Shown: piece after piece, positions 33,097 through 44,674 of the stretch
How positions within the stretch are numbered: position 1 is the first letter of the stretch
How the letters are laid out: every line of letters begins with the position of its first letter
Assembly (NCBI GenBank): GCA_965237525.1
Contig: CBDEFO010000004.1
Coordinates: 224,001 to 288,000, forward strand
Direction: 5' to 3'
Origin: Candidatus Latescibacterota bacterium
Lineage (GTDB): Bacteria > Latescibacterota > CBDEFO01
Length of the DNA: 64,000 nt
Translations under genes and position numbers: made by a program
The notes under the pieces: model-generated
The model's input: only the letters and a program-made list of their open reading frames with translations
The model's database searches: none
Told to the model about the DNA's origin: nothing

Positions 33097-34614
33097 TTAT
33101 TCCTCCTGTGGAAGTTCGACTGTCTTAAACATCTTTCTTCCATCTCTTAAGATTCGGAACACTATCACTTCATCGTCATTACGTTTTTCCAAAGCCTTCT
33201 CAAAATCGCTCACCGACTTTATCTTGTCCTTGTTCTTTCCGACACCTATCTCCAGGATAATGTCCCCTCTGCTTATTTCCCCTTCATAGGCAGGACTGTA
33301 CCTTGCTACGTCATTTACGATCACGCCCTCCTCTCCTTCGTATCTGTATCGTTGGGCGTCCTCTCTTGTGAGATCTCGGACAGAAAGCCCTAAATCCTTT
33401 ATCTGTGCTCCTTCTTTGGATGCAAGCACATCCGCAAAGTCCTCCTTTTCCCCCAGGACGACCTCTACCGTCTTTTCGTCCGCATCCCTGATAATCTTAA
33501 TCTTGATCCTGTCGCCCGGTCTTTTCCTTGCAACTTTATCCTGAATCTGGTTGATACGATCTACCCTTTGACCGTCTATTTCAACTATAACATCCTCCAC
33601 TTTCAATCCGGCTTTATCAGCGGGGGTGTTGGGGAAGACATCGTCTATTAAGACCCCTATAGGCCTCTCCAGGCCGAATCCCTTCGCTGTCGCCTCATCT
33701 ATCGGTAACATTGCAATCCCCAAAAATCCCCTGACGACCCTTCCGTGGGTTATGAGGTCCTCCATGACTTTCTTGGCCAGATTAATAGGGATAGCAAAAC
33801 CGTAGCCTATGTAAGTGCGAAGAGATCGTTCCGTTTGGATAGCGGTATTAATGCCTATGACCTCGCCGCTCAGATTCACCAACGGTCCGCCGGAGTTCCC
33901 AGGATTTATAACAGCGTCGGTCTGTATAAAATTCTCGATGCTGTAGGGTTGCTCAATGAGCTCTACATCCCTTCCCAGGGCACTTATGACTCCTCCTGTG
34001 ACTGTAGAAGTCAGCGCCATTGGGTTCCCGATGGCCAGAACCCATTCGCCGATCTGGATCTTCTCCGAATCCCCCAGACTTGCCACCGGAAGATCGTCCG
34101 GCTCTATCTTGACCACCGCTACCTCGGTCAGTTCGTCGCGGCCGATGACCTTTGCCTTGAACTCCCTCTTATCTATAAGGGTCACCAGGATCTTATCCGC
34201 GTCTTTGACCACATGATTATTGGTCAGGATATATCCCTCTTTGCTGACTATGATGCCCGACCCGAGACCCCTTCTCTTATACTCCTCAGGCGGCTCACGG
34301 AAGAAGGGTAAGAACTCGTGGAAAGGGCTTCGAGGCGCTGAACTTCTCCTGCGCCTTATCGTCTCAGTAGTCGCTATGCTCACAACTGCGGGTCTCACCT
34401 CCTTTGAGATAGCTATGGACGCTTCGCTAATATTCTTGGCGTTTAATATGTCTTCAGGTATTTCTTCATTGGATCCTAACTCTACCTTATCCGGTATATC
34501 TAAGGCCGTGCCCTTTTGGGTTATCCCGAAATTTGCAGATAGGAGAATGCCGATTAATACGCCGATGACGACAAATGCCGAAGCCATAAAAAGTGGTCTT
34601 TTCAAGTCGTGCAT
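33097..34614 (-). CDS. degP: Do/DegP family serine endopeptidase with two PDZ domains
   Basis: GSGII, TNNHVV and INPGNSGGPL motifs. Confidence 0.92.
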   Translation of the reverse strand: MHDLKRPLFMASAFVVIGVLIGILLSANFGITQKGTALDIPDKVELGSNEEIPEDILNAKNISEASIAISKEVRPAVVSIATTETIRRRRSSAPRSPFHEFLPFFREPPEEYKRRGLGSGIIVSKEGYILTNNHVVKDADKILVTLIDKREFKAKVIGRDELTEVAVVKIEPDDLPVASLGDSEKIQIGEWVLAIGNPMALTSTVTGGVISALGRDVELIEQPYSIENFIQTDAVINPGNSGGPLVNLSGEVIGINTAIQTERSLRTYIGYGFAIPINLAKKVMEDLITHGRVVRGFLGIAMLPIDEATAKGFGLERPIGVLIDDVFPNTPADKAGLKVEDVIVEIDGQRVDRINQIQDKVARKRPGDRIKIKIIRDADEKTVEVVLGEKEDFADVLASKEGAQIKDLGLSVRDLTREDAQRYRYEGEEGVIVNDVARYSPAYEGEISRGDIILEIGVGKNKDKIKSVSDFEKALEKRNDDEVIVFRILRDGRKMFKTVELPQEE

Positions 34615-34770
34615 CTTAAGATTACTCCTCCTTACAATAAAATATGGTTTAGAATCTCTTACACTTATTCAACGCCATCTCTGCCCAGATTCCGCGGTTT
34701 GGAACCTCCTCTGGCAGCTTATCGATCAGCCACACAGTTCACCTTTTGAGAATGACTCCCGTAGCTGCGT

Positions 34771-35943
34771 TTAAGTTCCACTTTCTATCTTGCTTATCAT
34801 CTTTACGATCTCCCTTATAGTCGTCCTTTCCACCCATCTTTGGGGTAGATAATCTACCGAACCGTCCGTTCCGACGGCTCTGTAGAGGATGTCATTTTGT
34901 TCTAATTTAGATAGAACCTTTCCCACTCTATCTTTATCCTCTCCTATTTTTTCTGAAAGCTCACCTACGCATAAAGTTCCTTTACCGTCAAGGAAGCTTT
35001 CTCCTATAGCCATCACCAGTCTGACAGCAAGGCAGACTTCATCTGAAAAGGATTCATCGCGGCGGCTCCTGATCGCCTCTAAAGGATCGGGGTTCTGAAT
35101 CACATAGCAGGTCTCTACTCCCCACAGGATAACGACCCACGTAAAATATATCCATGCCAAAAATGCCGGCATGATGCTCAAGGAGCCGTACACCTTGTGC
35201 ACCTCGACCATAGTCGATACATACCAGTCGAACCCTAACTTGCCAAACTCCCACATAGTTCCGGCGACGATACCTCCAATAAGAGCGGTCTTCATCTTGA
35301 CCTGAGTGTTCGGAAGCAATATATATCCCAATATTAAAGCCGTCCACGTAAATAGGGATGGGATCAGGTAGAAGATTATTCCGCTTACCACCGATATGTT
35401 CATCAAGCCGCCAATGATGGGCATATCCTTCAAATTTGTAGAAAGATAAATAGATGTCCCTAAAAGTATAGGGCCCAGAGTTATGAGGCTCCAGAAGGAT
35501 ATAAACCTTGCCACCAACGGCCTTCTATTCTTGACCCTCCATATTTGATTAAACGAGCTTTCTATGGTGTTGAACACAAAAAGGGAGGCCAATATCAATA
35601 TGACCGATCCCACAAAGCCGATGGTCCCCGCCTTTTCAGCAAATCCAGTTATATGAACTATCACTATTTCGCTGGAGGAGGGAAGCAGGTGTCCGGAGAG
35701 GAATTTCCTGATCGTAGCTCCTATCCCGGCCGCTCCTTCCTTTCCTGAGAAAGTAGCTAAAATGGAAAGACTTATAGCAGTCACAGGCACCAACGCCAAA
35801 ACAGTAGTGAAAGAAAGAGCGGCTGCCTCCATAAAGCCGTCGTCCTCATAGAACTCCTCCCAGATGTGACGCACTTGCTTAGCTCTATCGTGCCACTTTC
35901 CGTCAAACAGTTCTTTCGCCTTATCTTTACAGTTCTTCCACAT
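34771..35943 (-). CDS. YihY/BrkB family membrane protein with C-terminal HTH
   Basis: AAALSFTTVLALVP, IE.SFN.IW and YGSL motifs. Confidence 0.88.
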   Translation of the reverse strand: MWKNCKDKAKELFDGKWHDRAKQVRHIWEEFYEDDGFMEAAALSFTTVLALVPVTAISLSILATFSGKEGAAGIGATIRKFLSGHLLPSSSEIVIVHITGFAEKAGTIGFVGSVILILASLFVFNTIESSFNQIWRVKNRRPLVARFISFWSLITLGPILLGTSIYLSTNLKDMPIIGGLMNISVVSGIIFYLIPSLFTWTALILGYILLPNTQVKMKTALIGGIVAGTMWEFGKLGFDWYVSTMVEVHKVYGSLSIMPAFLAWIYFTWVVILWGVETCYVIQNPDPLEAIRSRRDESFSDEVCLAVRLVMAIGESFLDGKGTLCVGELSEKIGEDKDRVGKVLSKLEQNDILYRAVGTDGSVDYLPQRWVERTTIREIVKMISKIESGT

Positions 35944-36192
35944 AGCCTGGATACCCAGGAGAAGATACAAGTAGCGAAGTACTTTAGATTGCTTGCTTTT
36001 GCCTGCAGTCAAGCCAGGGGTAGATCCCCGAAGCACTCTCAATTGTGTCGTCGAAACTATTTTCGATACACGAACAGGTCGCCTTGAAAGTCTTTGAGCT
36101 GGAACTTCCGATATGCAAATATAAAGAATCAGGCTCGTAAATACAACCGATTTTGCCTGTAAACCTGCTCCGTTCTCCTGCAGGTTATCTAT

Positions 36193-37422
36193 TTACATAT
36201 TCTCGACTATCGCCTGCCCGAACTCGGAGCATTTGACCTCTTTGGCTCCCTGTGTCAATCGGGCAAAGTCGTAGGTCACAATCTTCTGAGATATAGTCCT
36301 TTCCAATCCACCGATTATAAGATCCGCCGCTTCGGGCCATCCGATGTGTCTGAGCATGAGGACTCCTGACAGAATGACAGATCCGGGGTTTACCTTATCC
36401 TGATTCGCGTATTTAGGAGCCGTGCCGTGCGTGGCTTCAAAGATGGCTTGTCCCGTGTCGTAATTGATGTTCCCTCCCGGAGCGATGCCTATCCCACCTA
36501 CCTGAGCGGCTAAGGCGTCGGAGATATAATCGCCGTTCAAGTTCATCGTTGCGATTACGTCGAACTCGTCGGGTCTTGTGAGTATCTGCTGTAAGGATAT
36601 GTCGGCTATGGCGTCTTTTATCAGTATCTTCCCATCTGGCACATCGCCTTTGCACTCATCCCAACTTACGACAGAATCCTTGAACTCTTCGGCAGCAAGT
36701 TGGTAGCCCCACGCCCTGAAAGCCCCCTCGGTGAACTTTTGAATGTTGCCCTTATGCACCAAGGTAACGCTCTTTCTGTTGTTCTCTATGCCGTACTTGA
36801 TCGCAGCCCTGATAAGCCGTTTACTCCCGAACTCAGATATAGGTTTTATGCCGACTCCTGAATCGGGCCTTATCTTCCAGCCGAACTCCTTTTCAAGATA
36901 TGATATAAGCTTCTTTACCTCTGCTGTCCCTTCTTTAAGTTCCAATCCTGCGTAGACATCCTCTGTGTTCTCTCTGAAGACTACCATATCCACCTTCTCA
37001 GGGTGCCGCACAGGGCTTGGGACTCCTTTAAACCACTTTACAGGGCGGAGACAGACGTAAAGATCCAGGGTCTGTCTCAGCGCCACGTTCAGGCTCCTTA
37101 TGCCTCCGCCCACCGGTGTCGTAAGTGGTCCTTTGATCCCGACTATATAGTCCTTGAACGCATTCACAGTCTCCTCGGGCAGCCACTCTTCTGTCAGCGT
37201 GTAAGACCTCTCTCCTGCGTAAACCTCCATCCAGTGGATCCTTCTCTTCCCCGAGTATGCCTTCTCCACAGCGCTGTCGAAGACCCCCACGGACGCTTTC
37301 CATATATCGGGGCCTGTTCCGTCACCCTCAATGAACGGTATAATAGGATTGGAAGGCACGTTCAACTTCCCGTTCTCGACCTGTATCTTCTCTCCGTCTT
37401 TAGGCACTACGATACTTGACAT
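36193..37422 (-). CDS. icd: NADP-dependent isocitrate dehydrogenase
   Basis: [27 protein letters not shown] and [11 protein letters not shown] motifs. Confidence 0.97.
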   Translation of the reverse strand: MSSIVVPKDGEKIQVENGKLNVPSNPIIPFIEGDGTGPDIWKASVGVFDSAVEKAYSGKRRIHWMEVYAGERSYTLTEEWLPEETVNAFKDYIVGIKGPLTTPVGGGIRSLNVALRQTLDLYVCLRPVKWFKGVPSPVRHPEKVDMVVFRENTEDVYAGLELKEGTAEVKKLISYLEKEFGWKIRPDSGVGIKPISEFGSKRLIRAAIKYGIENNRKSVTLVHKGNIQKFTEGAFRAWGYQLAAEEFKDSVVSWDECKGDVPDGKILIKDAIADISLQQILTRPDEFDVIATMNLNGDYISDALAAQVGGIGIAPGGNINYDTGQAIFEATHGTAPKYANQDKVNPGSVILSGVLMLRHIGWPEAADLIIGGLERTISQKIVTYDFARLTQGAKEVKCSEFGQAIVENM

Positions 37423-37555
37423 CACAATCCTCCGTTTTTCTCCAAGAAGTTCTTAGATACCCCTCTCAAAGGGCCAAGACATCACCCCTGGTTGCTTCTT
37501 CTACCTCTCATCTAAAATTAACATCAAAAATTCTGTGGCGTCAAGGACTATCTAA

Positions 37556-39074
37556 AAGCCTTGTGAAATAGTTATGTCCCAGGCAGCGTCTGAAGCGCCG
37601 ATTATGGGTCAAAGAGTAGCATATCGTATCGTTTTGCTGTGGAATAAGCAAAATAGTCTTATCAGAGTTCTGGTCAGCAAGGAACAGGAGCTGTTTGAAG
37701 AACAGGATGCACTGTCTTTGACAGACAGGGCACACATAGACGCTTTCCCCCTTCTTATGAAAGATACAAGCCTCTTGAGATTCTGTACTGTTGCAACAAG
37801 ATTCAACTGTTCATTCAGTGAGGCTGGTCCTCTGTAACGGGCTCGTCCCATACCGTGTTGTTGCCTGGCTTCAGCAAAGATATGTTCACTGCGTTTACGG
37901 AGTCTCCGGGAGAGTTTGTAGTCAGCTGTTAATGAGATAGACCGTGCATGATTTCTGGCTTTCGCCTCTCGCACTTTTCTATCCCGTTCGGCCTGAATAT
38001 GTGCTGAATTTGTCTTGTTTTTCCATGTAGGAATCGGTTCAATCTTCTCATCGGCTCGCAGAGGAATATGGGGTATGATTCCCCGGTCAAGTACATCAGC
38101 GATAAAATTACCAGAACCGTAACCGGTATCGGCACTAAGTGTCTGAATGTCTTTGGGCATGGTGTATGTTTCAAGGTCATCTACCATCTTAAGGGCACTT
38201 TCGGGCTCTGCTGTCCCTGTCGCCTGCGTGCCCTGAGTCTCAAGGATTACTCTGCTTTTTGTGTCGATCAGATCATGGCCCATAAACGAGAGAAAAGCCC
38301 CTTTGCCCTTCGATTTGCTGTATAAGCGCGCGTCGGGGTCTGTAGTCGAACGGTGTGTTTGGTTCGTCCACTTTTCACCATGAAAGTCTTTATCCTGAGG
38401 ATGCCCGGACCTACCCTTTGTCTTATCACCTTCAAAACCGATTCCCTTGAGATAATCATCAAGAGAAACAGGGGGTTCTATCGGCTCAATACTTTTCACT
38501 GAAGCATCAGCTTGTATCTGAGTGCCGTCGACACTAAGGTGTTTACCGCTCACAAGACCGACATCTATGCAACACTGGACTACCTGACGCATTATCCGTT
38601 CAAACAACCCACTGGATGCCCACTTGTGATTGCGAAGCTTGTTGATCGTGCTCCTATCCGGAACCGCATCATCAAATGTCTGATGACAAAACAACCGATA
38701 TGCCGCATGCATCCCCACTTCCTGACAGAGCCGATTCTCACTCAAATTATACAGATAGCCAATAAGGATCATTCGAACAACTAATTCAGGATCAATACCG
38801 GGTCTGCCATTGTCAGGGCAATAACAATCTGATACAACGTCTCGTACAAATGAAAAATCAACTGCCTCATCAATCTGACGAAGGATATGATCCTCGGGAA
38901 CTAAATCCTCCATCTGAAAATAGTGAAACATCGGATTTGTCTGTTCCTGCTTTTGTGGGGTCATTGTTTCCTCCATGTATAATATTATCAATAACATAAT
39001 ATAATACATCGGAGCTGCTTTATCAATGCTTGTTTTATACTACTTTCTGAATCTAAGGGTTTTTCACAAGGCTT
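37556..39074 (-). mobile_element. IS1182-like insertion sequence, copy 4 (intact)
   Basis: TIRs present; TSD CTAA. Confidence 0.93.
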
Positions 39075-39101
39075 CTAAACTGGAAGGCAAATAAGAAATA
39101 A

Positions 39102-39152
39102 TGTAGGGCTTGGGTAACCCAGCCCCTGGGGCGAGGGAACCTCGCCCCTACA
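39102..39152. repeat. GTAG-type REP-like palindrome
   Basis: TGTAGGGC...GGGGCGAGGGAACCTCGCCCCTACA. Confidence 0.7.
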
Positions 39153-39368
39153 CGGATCAATCAGACGAACACAGAATCGGCGCAAAAGCCACTTGCTTTT
39201 TTCCAAAGATTTACTTACTTTGAAAGTCCCAGGGCGGCGCGGCCGATTTTCTGGAGGAGAGGCAGCGAACCGTAAAGTGGTGGGGTAAAGACCTCGTAAT
39301 TTGACTATGAACGCGCTTTCAACCGGACAAAACACAACTGACGAATGAGCGTCGGAGGCGCAACACAA

Positions 39369-42314
39369 ATGCTATGGAGAGTTGAAGTCAGCATAAGGCC
39401 GGGCTTTTTTGATTCCCAGGGCGAAGGCATAAAGAAGGGAATAGAGGATCTCGGCATTCTTGCTGTCACATCTTGCTCGACATCGCAAGTATATTATATA
39501 CAGGGGGAAATACCAAAAGAGGATGTCGCCCTCATCTCCCGGAGACTACTGATGGACAGTGTGACCCAGGATTACTCGATCAGCCTGCTTTGTGGTTTGC
39601 TGCCTCCTCTCCCGAACAAAGCGCCCACGGCGCCGAGCCGCGATATCCGCACTGTGGAGGTGGCGTACAACCCCGGGGTCATGGACCCTGTAGAGGCGAG
39701 TGTTAAAAGGGGTATAGAGGACCTCGGAGTCGGGGGAGTTTCTGCCCTTAAGACGGCCGTGAAATACGTTATAAGGGGTAAGATCACAGATTCCCAGTTG
39801 ATAACCATCAGGGACAATCTGCTCCTGAACGATATTATACAGCACCAGGCCGGAAGTTCTGAGTCTCCCTTTGTTGATCCTCCCTGCTACAGATTCGAGC
39901 CGGTCTATGTCCAGGTATTGGGCGCACACGACGACAATCTAAATGAGATCAGTCGGACAGGGCAGCTCTCTTTGAACCTGGACGAGATGCGGGCGATAAG
40001 GAACCACTTTACATATCTGGGCAGAAATCCTACGGACGCTGAACTTGAGACTATAGCTCAAACGTGGTCGGAGCACTGTGTGCATAAGACTTTCAAGGGC
40101 ATTATAGAATATGAGGGAGAGAGGATCGATAATCTTCTCAAGAGCACTATAATGAAGGTCACAGAGGAGCTTGATAAGGACTGGTGCGTTTCCGTCTTCG
40201 AGGACAACGCCGGGATTGTCAAATTCGATGAAAACTATAACCTGTGTTTCAAGGTTGAGACTCACAATCATCCGTCGGCTTTAGAGCCCTACGGAGGGGC
40301 CGGGACGGGAACAGGGGGAGCAATAAGAGACCCGCTCGGCACCGGGCTGGGGGCAAAGCCCATCATAAACACGGACGTCTTCTGCTTCGGCCCGCTGGAT
40401 CTGCCGTACGATAAGCTCCCGTCCGGATGTCTGCATCCCAAACGGGTCTTCAAGGGCGTCGTAGCGGGCGTGGGGGATTACGGCAACAGGATGGGTATTC
40501 CGACTGTCAACGGAGCTATATATTTTGACGAAGGCTACATAGGCAATCCACTGGTCTATTGCGGAAATGTGGGCATCCTCCCAGTGGACAAGTCGTTCAA
40601 AAAGCTCAAAGATGGAGACTATATCGTCCTGGTCGGGGGCCGCACGGGGAGAGACGGGATTCACGGCGTCACGTTCTCCTCAGACGCCCTGACGGATAGT
40701 CTCTCCAGCGGGGTCGTGCAGATCGGAAACGCCATAACCGAAAAGAAGATGGTAGATGTGATTATGGAAGCCAGAGACCTGGATCTCTACAGTTCGATCA
40801 CTGACTGCGGAGGAGGTGGACTCTCCTCTGCGGTCGGCGAGATGGGGGTGGAGATAGGGGCCGAGGTAGATCTGGATAGAGTCCCGCTCAAATATGAAGG
40901 CCTCAGCTACACGGAGATATGGATCTCGGAGTCGCAGGAGCGGATGATATTAGCTGTGCCTCCTCAAAATGTGCAAGAACTGATACAGCTCTGCGCTGAG
41001 GAGGACGTGGAGGCAACGGTCATAGGGAAATTTACGGGCGACAAGAGGCTCAAGCTGCGCTATGAGAGAAATGTCGTATGCGACCTGGATATGAACTTTC
41101 TGCACAACGGCCTCCCGAGATTGAATCTGAAGGCGACATGGGATAAGCCCTATTTCGAAGAGCCTGATCTCCCTGATCCATCGGATTTAACCCCTATTCT
41201 GAAGTCCATATTGTCATCTCCCAACGTATGCAGCAAAGAATGGGTGATAAGACAGTACGACCACGAGGTTCAGGGGGGCAGCGTGCTTAAACCTCTTCAG
41301 GGCGTAAGGAACGACGGGCCGGGAGATGCCTCTGTCACAAGGCCAGTTATGAATTCTACAAAGGGCATCGTTCTATCTGTCGGTCTGAATCCAAAATATG
41401 GGAAGATAGACCCCTATCACATGGCGGCATCCGCCATTGACGAGGCACTGAGACAGGTAATATCGGTCGGAGGGACTTTGGAGCATACAGCCCTTCTGGA
41501 TAACTTCTGCTGGGGGAGTCCCTATGAACCCGAGGGGCTCGGGGGGCTTGTCAGAGCAGCTAAGGCCTGCTACGACATAGCCAGGGTATATGAGACCCCC
41601 TTTATCTCCGGCAAGGACAGCTTGAACAACGAGTTTGTCGTACGTGGAAAGAGTGTTCCTATTCCCCCGGCTCTTTTGATCTCTGCTATATCTGTTGTAG
41701 ACGACGTCCAGAAAGTCATCTCGATGGATTTTAAAGAGCCGGGCAACCTGATCTACGTCGTGGGCACGACTTACGATGAACTCGGGGCTTCACACTTCTA
41801 CGATCTTAACGGCTATACCGGCAACAACTGCCCCGTTGTCCGCCCTTCTGAGGGGAAAAGGACGATGGACGCCCTGAGCGCAGCCTCCTCTGAGAGGCTC
41901 ATAAGGGCCTGTCACGATTGCAGCGAAGGGGGTATAGGAGTTGCCGTATCCGAGATGTGCTTTTCAGGGGAAGTAGGAGCTTCCATTTCACTTGCCGAAG
42001 TTCCCACGTCACACGACAATGCAGGGGCAGGCCCACGCGTCTACCCGATAGAAAGAAACGACACGATCCTCTTTTCGGAGTCCAACTCGCGCTTTATCGT
42101 AGAGGTAGCCCTCGAGAATAGAGGCAGATTTGAAGAGATTCTAAAGGATGTGGCTTTTGGAGTCATAGGTAAGACCACAGCCGACACAGAACTGGTCATA
42201 ACGCGGCTTCTGGCCATAACGGGACTTAATGAGGCAGAAGTCGTACGGGCAGTCGTACGGGCAGATATATTTGAACTGAAGGAGGCCTGGCAATCGCCCT
42301 TACGGGATATTTAA
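39369..42314 (+). CDS. purL: Phosphoribosylformylglycinamidine synthase PurL with two fused N-terminal PurS-like domains
   Basis: QTWSEHC.HK, KVETHNHPS, SESQERM and ISGKDS motifs; duplicated VEV...PG..D.......I.DLG N-terminal units. Confidence 0.95.
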   Translation: MLWRVEVSIRPGFFDSQGEGIKKGIEDLGILAVTSCSTSQVYYIQGEIPKEDVALISRRLLMDSVTQDYSISLLCGLLPPLPNKAPTAPSRDIRTVEVAYNPGVMDPVEASVKRGIEDLGVGGVSALKTAVKYVIRGKITDSQLITIRDNLLLNDIIQHQAGSSESPFVDPPCYRFEPVYVQVLGAHDDNLNEISRTGQLSLNLDEMRAIRNHFTYLGRNPTDAELETIAQTWSEHCVHKTFKGIIEYEGERIDNLLKSTIMKVTEELDKDWCVSVFEDNAGIVKFDENYNLCFKVETHNHPSALEPYGGAGTGTGGAIRDPLGTGLGAKPIINTDVFCFGPLDLPYDKLPSGCLHPKRVFKGVVAGVGDYGNRMGIPTVNGAIYFDEGYIGNPLVYCGNVGILPVDKSFKKLKDGDYIVLVGGRTGRDGIHGVTFSSDALTDSLSSGVVQIGNAITEKKMVDVIMEARDLDLYSSITDCGGGGLSSAVGEMGVEIGAEVDLDRVPLKYEGLSYTEIWISESQERMILAVPPQNVQELIQLCAEEDVEATVIGKFTGDKRLKLRYERNVVCDLDMNFLHNGLPRLNLKATWDKPYFEEPDLPDPSDLTPILKSILSSPNVCSKEWVIRQYDHEVQGGSVLKPLQGVRNDGPGDASVTRPVMNSTKGIVLSVGLNPKYGKIDPYHMAASAIDEALRQVISVGGTLEHTALLDNFCWGSPYEPEGLGGLVRAAKACYDIARVYETPFISGKDSLNNEFVVRGKSVPIPPALLISAISVVDDVQKVISMDFKEPGNLIYVVGTTYDELGASHFYDLNGYTGNNCPVVRPSEGKRTMDALSAASSERLIRACHDCSEGGIGVAVSEMCFSGEVGASISLAEVPTSHDNAGAGPRVYPIERNDTILFSESNSRFIVEVALENRGRFEEILKDVAFGVIGKTTADTELVITRLLAITGLNEAEVVRAVVRADIFELKEAWQSPLRDI

Positions 42315-43833
42315 AAGCCTTGTGAAATAGTTATGTCCCAGGCAGTGTCTGAAGCGCCGATTATGGGTCAAAGAGTAGCATATCGTATCGTTTTGCTGTG
42401 GAATAAGCAAAATAGTCTTATCAGAGTTCTGGTCAGCAAGGAACAGGAGCTGTTTGAAGAACAGGATGCACTGTCTTTGACAGACAGGGCACACATAGAC
42501 GCTTTCCCCCTTCTTATGAAAGATACAAGCCTCTTGAGATTCTGTACTGTTGCAACAAGATTCAACTGTTCATTCAGTGAGGCTGGTCCTCTGTAACGGG
42601 CTCGTCCCATACCGTGTTGTTGCCTGGCTTCAGCAAAGATATGTTCACTGCGTTTACGGAGTCTCCGGGAGAGTTTGTAGTCAGCTGTTAATGAGATAGA
42701 CCGTGCATGATTTCTGGCTTTCGCCTCTCGCACTTTTCTATCCCGTTCGGCCTGAATATGTGCTGGATTTGTCTTGTTTTTCCATGTAGGAATCGGTTCA
42801 ATCTTCTCATCGGCTCGCAGAGGAATATGGGGTATGATTCCCCGGTCAAGTACATCAGCGATAAAATTACCAGAACCGTAACCGGTATCGGCACTAAGTG
42901 TCTGAATGTCTTTGGGCATGGTGTATGTTTCAAGGTCATCTACCATCTTAAGGGCACTTTCGGGCTCTGCTGTCCCTGTCGCCTGCGTGCCCTGAGTCTC
43001 AAGGATTACTCTGCTTTTTGTGTCGATCAGATCATGGCCCATAAACGAGAGAAAAGCCCCTTTGCCCTTCGATTTGCTGTATAAGCGCGCGTCGGGGTCT
43101 GTAGTCGAACGGTGTGTTTGGTTCGTCCACTTTTCACCATGAAAGTCTTTATCCTGAGGATGCCCGGACCTACCCTTTGTCTTATCACCTTCAAAACCGA
43201 TTCCCTTGAGATAATCATCAAGAGAAACAGGGGGTTCTATCGGCTCAATACTTTTCACTGAAGCATCAGCTTGTATCTGAGTGCCGTCGACACTAAGGTG
43301 TTTACCGCTCACAAGACCGACATCTATGCAACACTGGACTACCTGACGCATTATCCGTTCAAACAACCCACTGGATGCCCACTTGTGATTGCGAAGCTTG
43401 TTGATCGTGCTCCTATCCGGAACCGCATCATCAAATGTCTGATGACAAAACAACCGATATGCCGCATGCATCCCCACTTCCTGACAGAGCCGATTCTCAC
43501 TCAAATTATACAGATAGCCAATAAGGATCATTCGAACAACTAATTCAGGATCAATACCGGGTCTGCCATTGTCAGGGCAATAACAATCTGATACAACGTC
43601 TCGTACAAATGAAAAATCAACTGCCTCATCAATCTGACGAAGGATATGATCCTCGGGAACTAAATCCTCCATCTGAAAATAGTGAAACATCGGATTTGTC
43701 TGTTCCTGCTTTTGTGGGGTCATTGTTTCCTCCATGTATAATATTATCAATAACATAATATAATACATCGGAGCTGCTTTATCAATGCTTGTTCTATACT
43801 ACTTTCTGAATCTAAGGGTTTTTCACAAGGCTT
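42315..43833 (-). mobile_element. IS1182-like insertion sequence, copy 5 (intact)
   Basis: TIRs present; TSD TTAA overlapping the purL stop codon. Confidence 0.93.
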
Positions 43834-43940
43834 TTAAGTCGGTATATGCTTTTTTTGCTTGACAAGAGGACGGACATTCATTATATTTTCCCCTGTGTAC
43901 TGAACATTAGTATAATACTGTCGAGACGAAAGGGGGAAAA

Positions 43941-44204
43941 ATGGATATGGAGGAGATCTCTATAAGACCAGTGTTCTGGGACAGTAAGTTGAGTAACGCA
44001 GCAAAGGTCTTGTATTTTGCTATTATTATGTGGGACTATAACGGCAGCTGTGCTGCAGGGATAAGTAGAATATGCAAAACCCTTGGCAAGTCCCCAAGCG
44101 CTATAAGCATGAGATTGAAAGAACTGGCGGACGGTGGGTATGTAACCGTAAAATATCGAGGTCAGGGTCGAACTGCGGTCATAATAGCTTCAATTTCGCC
44201 ATGA
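43941..44204 (+). CDS. Helix-turn-helix protein resembling the N-terminus of phage/plasmid replication initiators
   Basis: LSNAAKVLY...I...LGKS..AI...LKELADGGYV winged-helix pattern. Confidence 0.6.
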   Translation: MDMEEISIRPVFWDSKLSNAAKVLYFAIIMWDYNGSCAAGISRICKTLGKSPSAISMRLKELADGGYVTVKYRGQGRTAVIIASISP

Positions 44205-44674
44205 CATCCACAGAATATTGGGCATCAAAATCTAAAAGAAGCTGAGGATCACTATCAAGACCTCTAATACATTTGGAGACCAAGGTCTGCAAGAAGCTAA
44301 AGATCAAGCGTAAGATCTACGAGACATTGAAGACCCAGACCTCCAAAGGGTTAGAGATCAGCTAGTGAGACTTACAAGATATTAAGGATCAAGACCTCCA
44401 AAGACGTAGAGATCAAGGTAATGTATTGGATCTAAATGCACAATCTGTCACTAATTCAAAGGATTGATGGAGGATCTGGAAAATTGGAAGTGCTTGTTAA
44501 ACAATGTCTTTGGCGGTAAGGCCAAGCAATCTATGCATACGGTGCATACCTTACTGTACTTGTTGTCTACAAAAAGATATTTTGTGTGGCAAAGTTATAT
44601 ATACGTATGCAGGGTATGCACGGTCTACACACTTTGCATAGCCTCCTCCGTCTACTATTTCCAGCAGCAGACTA

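Noticed and set aside
33017..33289. 90-aa ORF over the tRNA
   Set aside because: It overlaps tRNA-Asp and the antisense strand of degP.
44235..44420. CRISPR array
   Set aside because: The repeats are short, degenerate and irregularly spaced, with no unique spacers and no cas genes.
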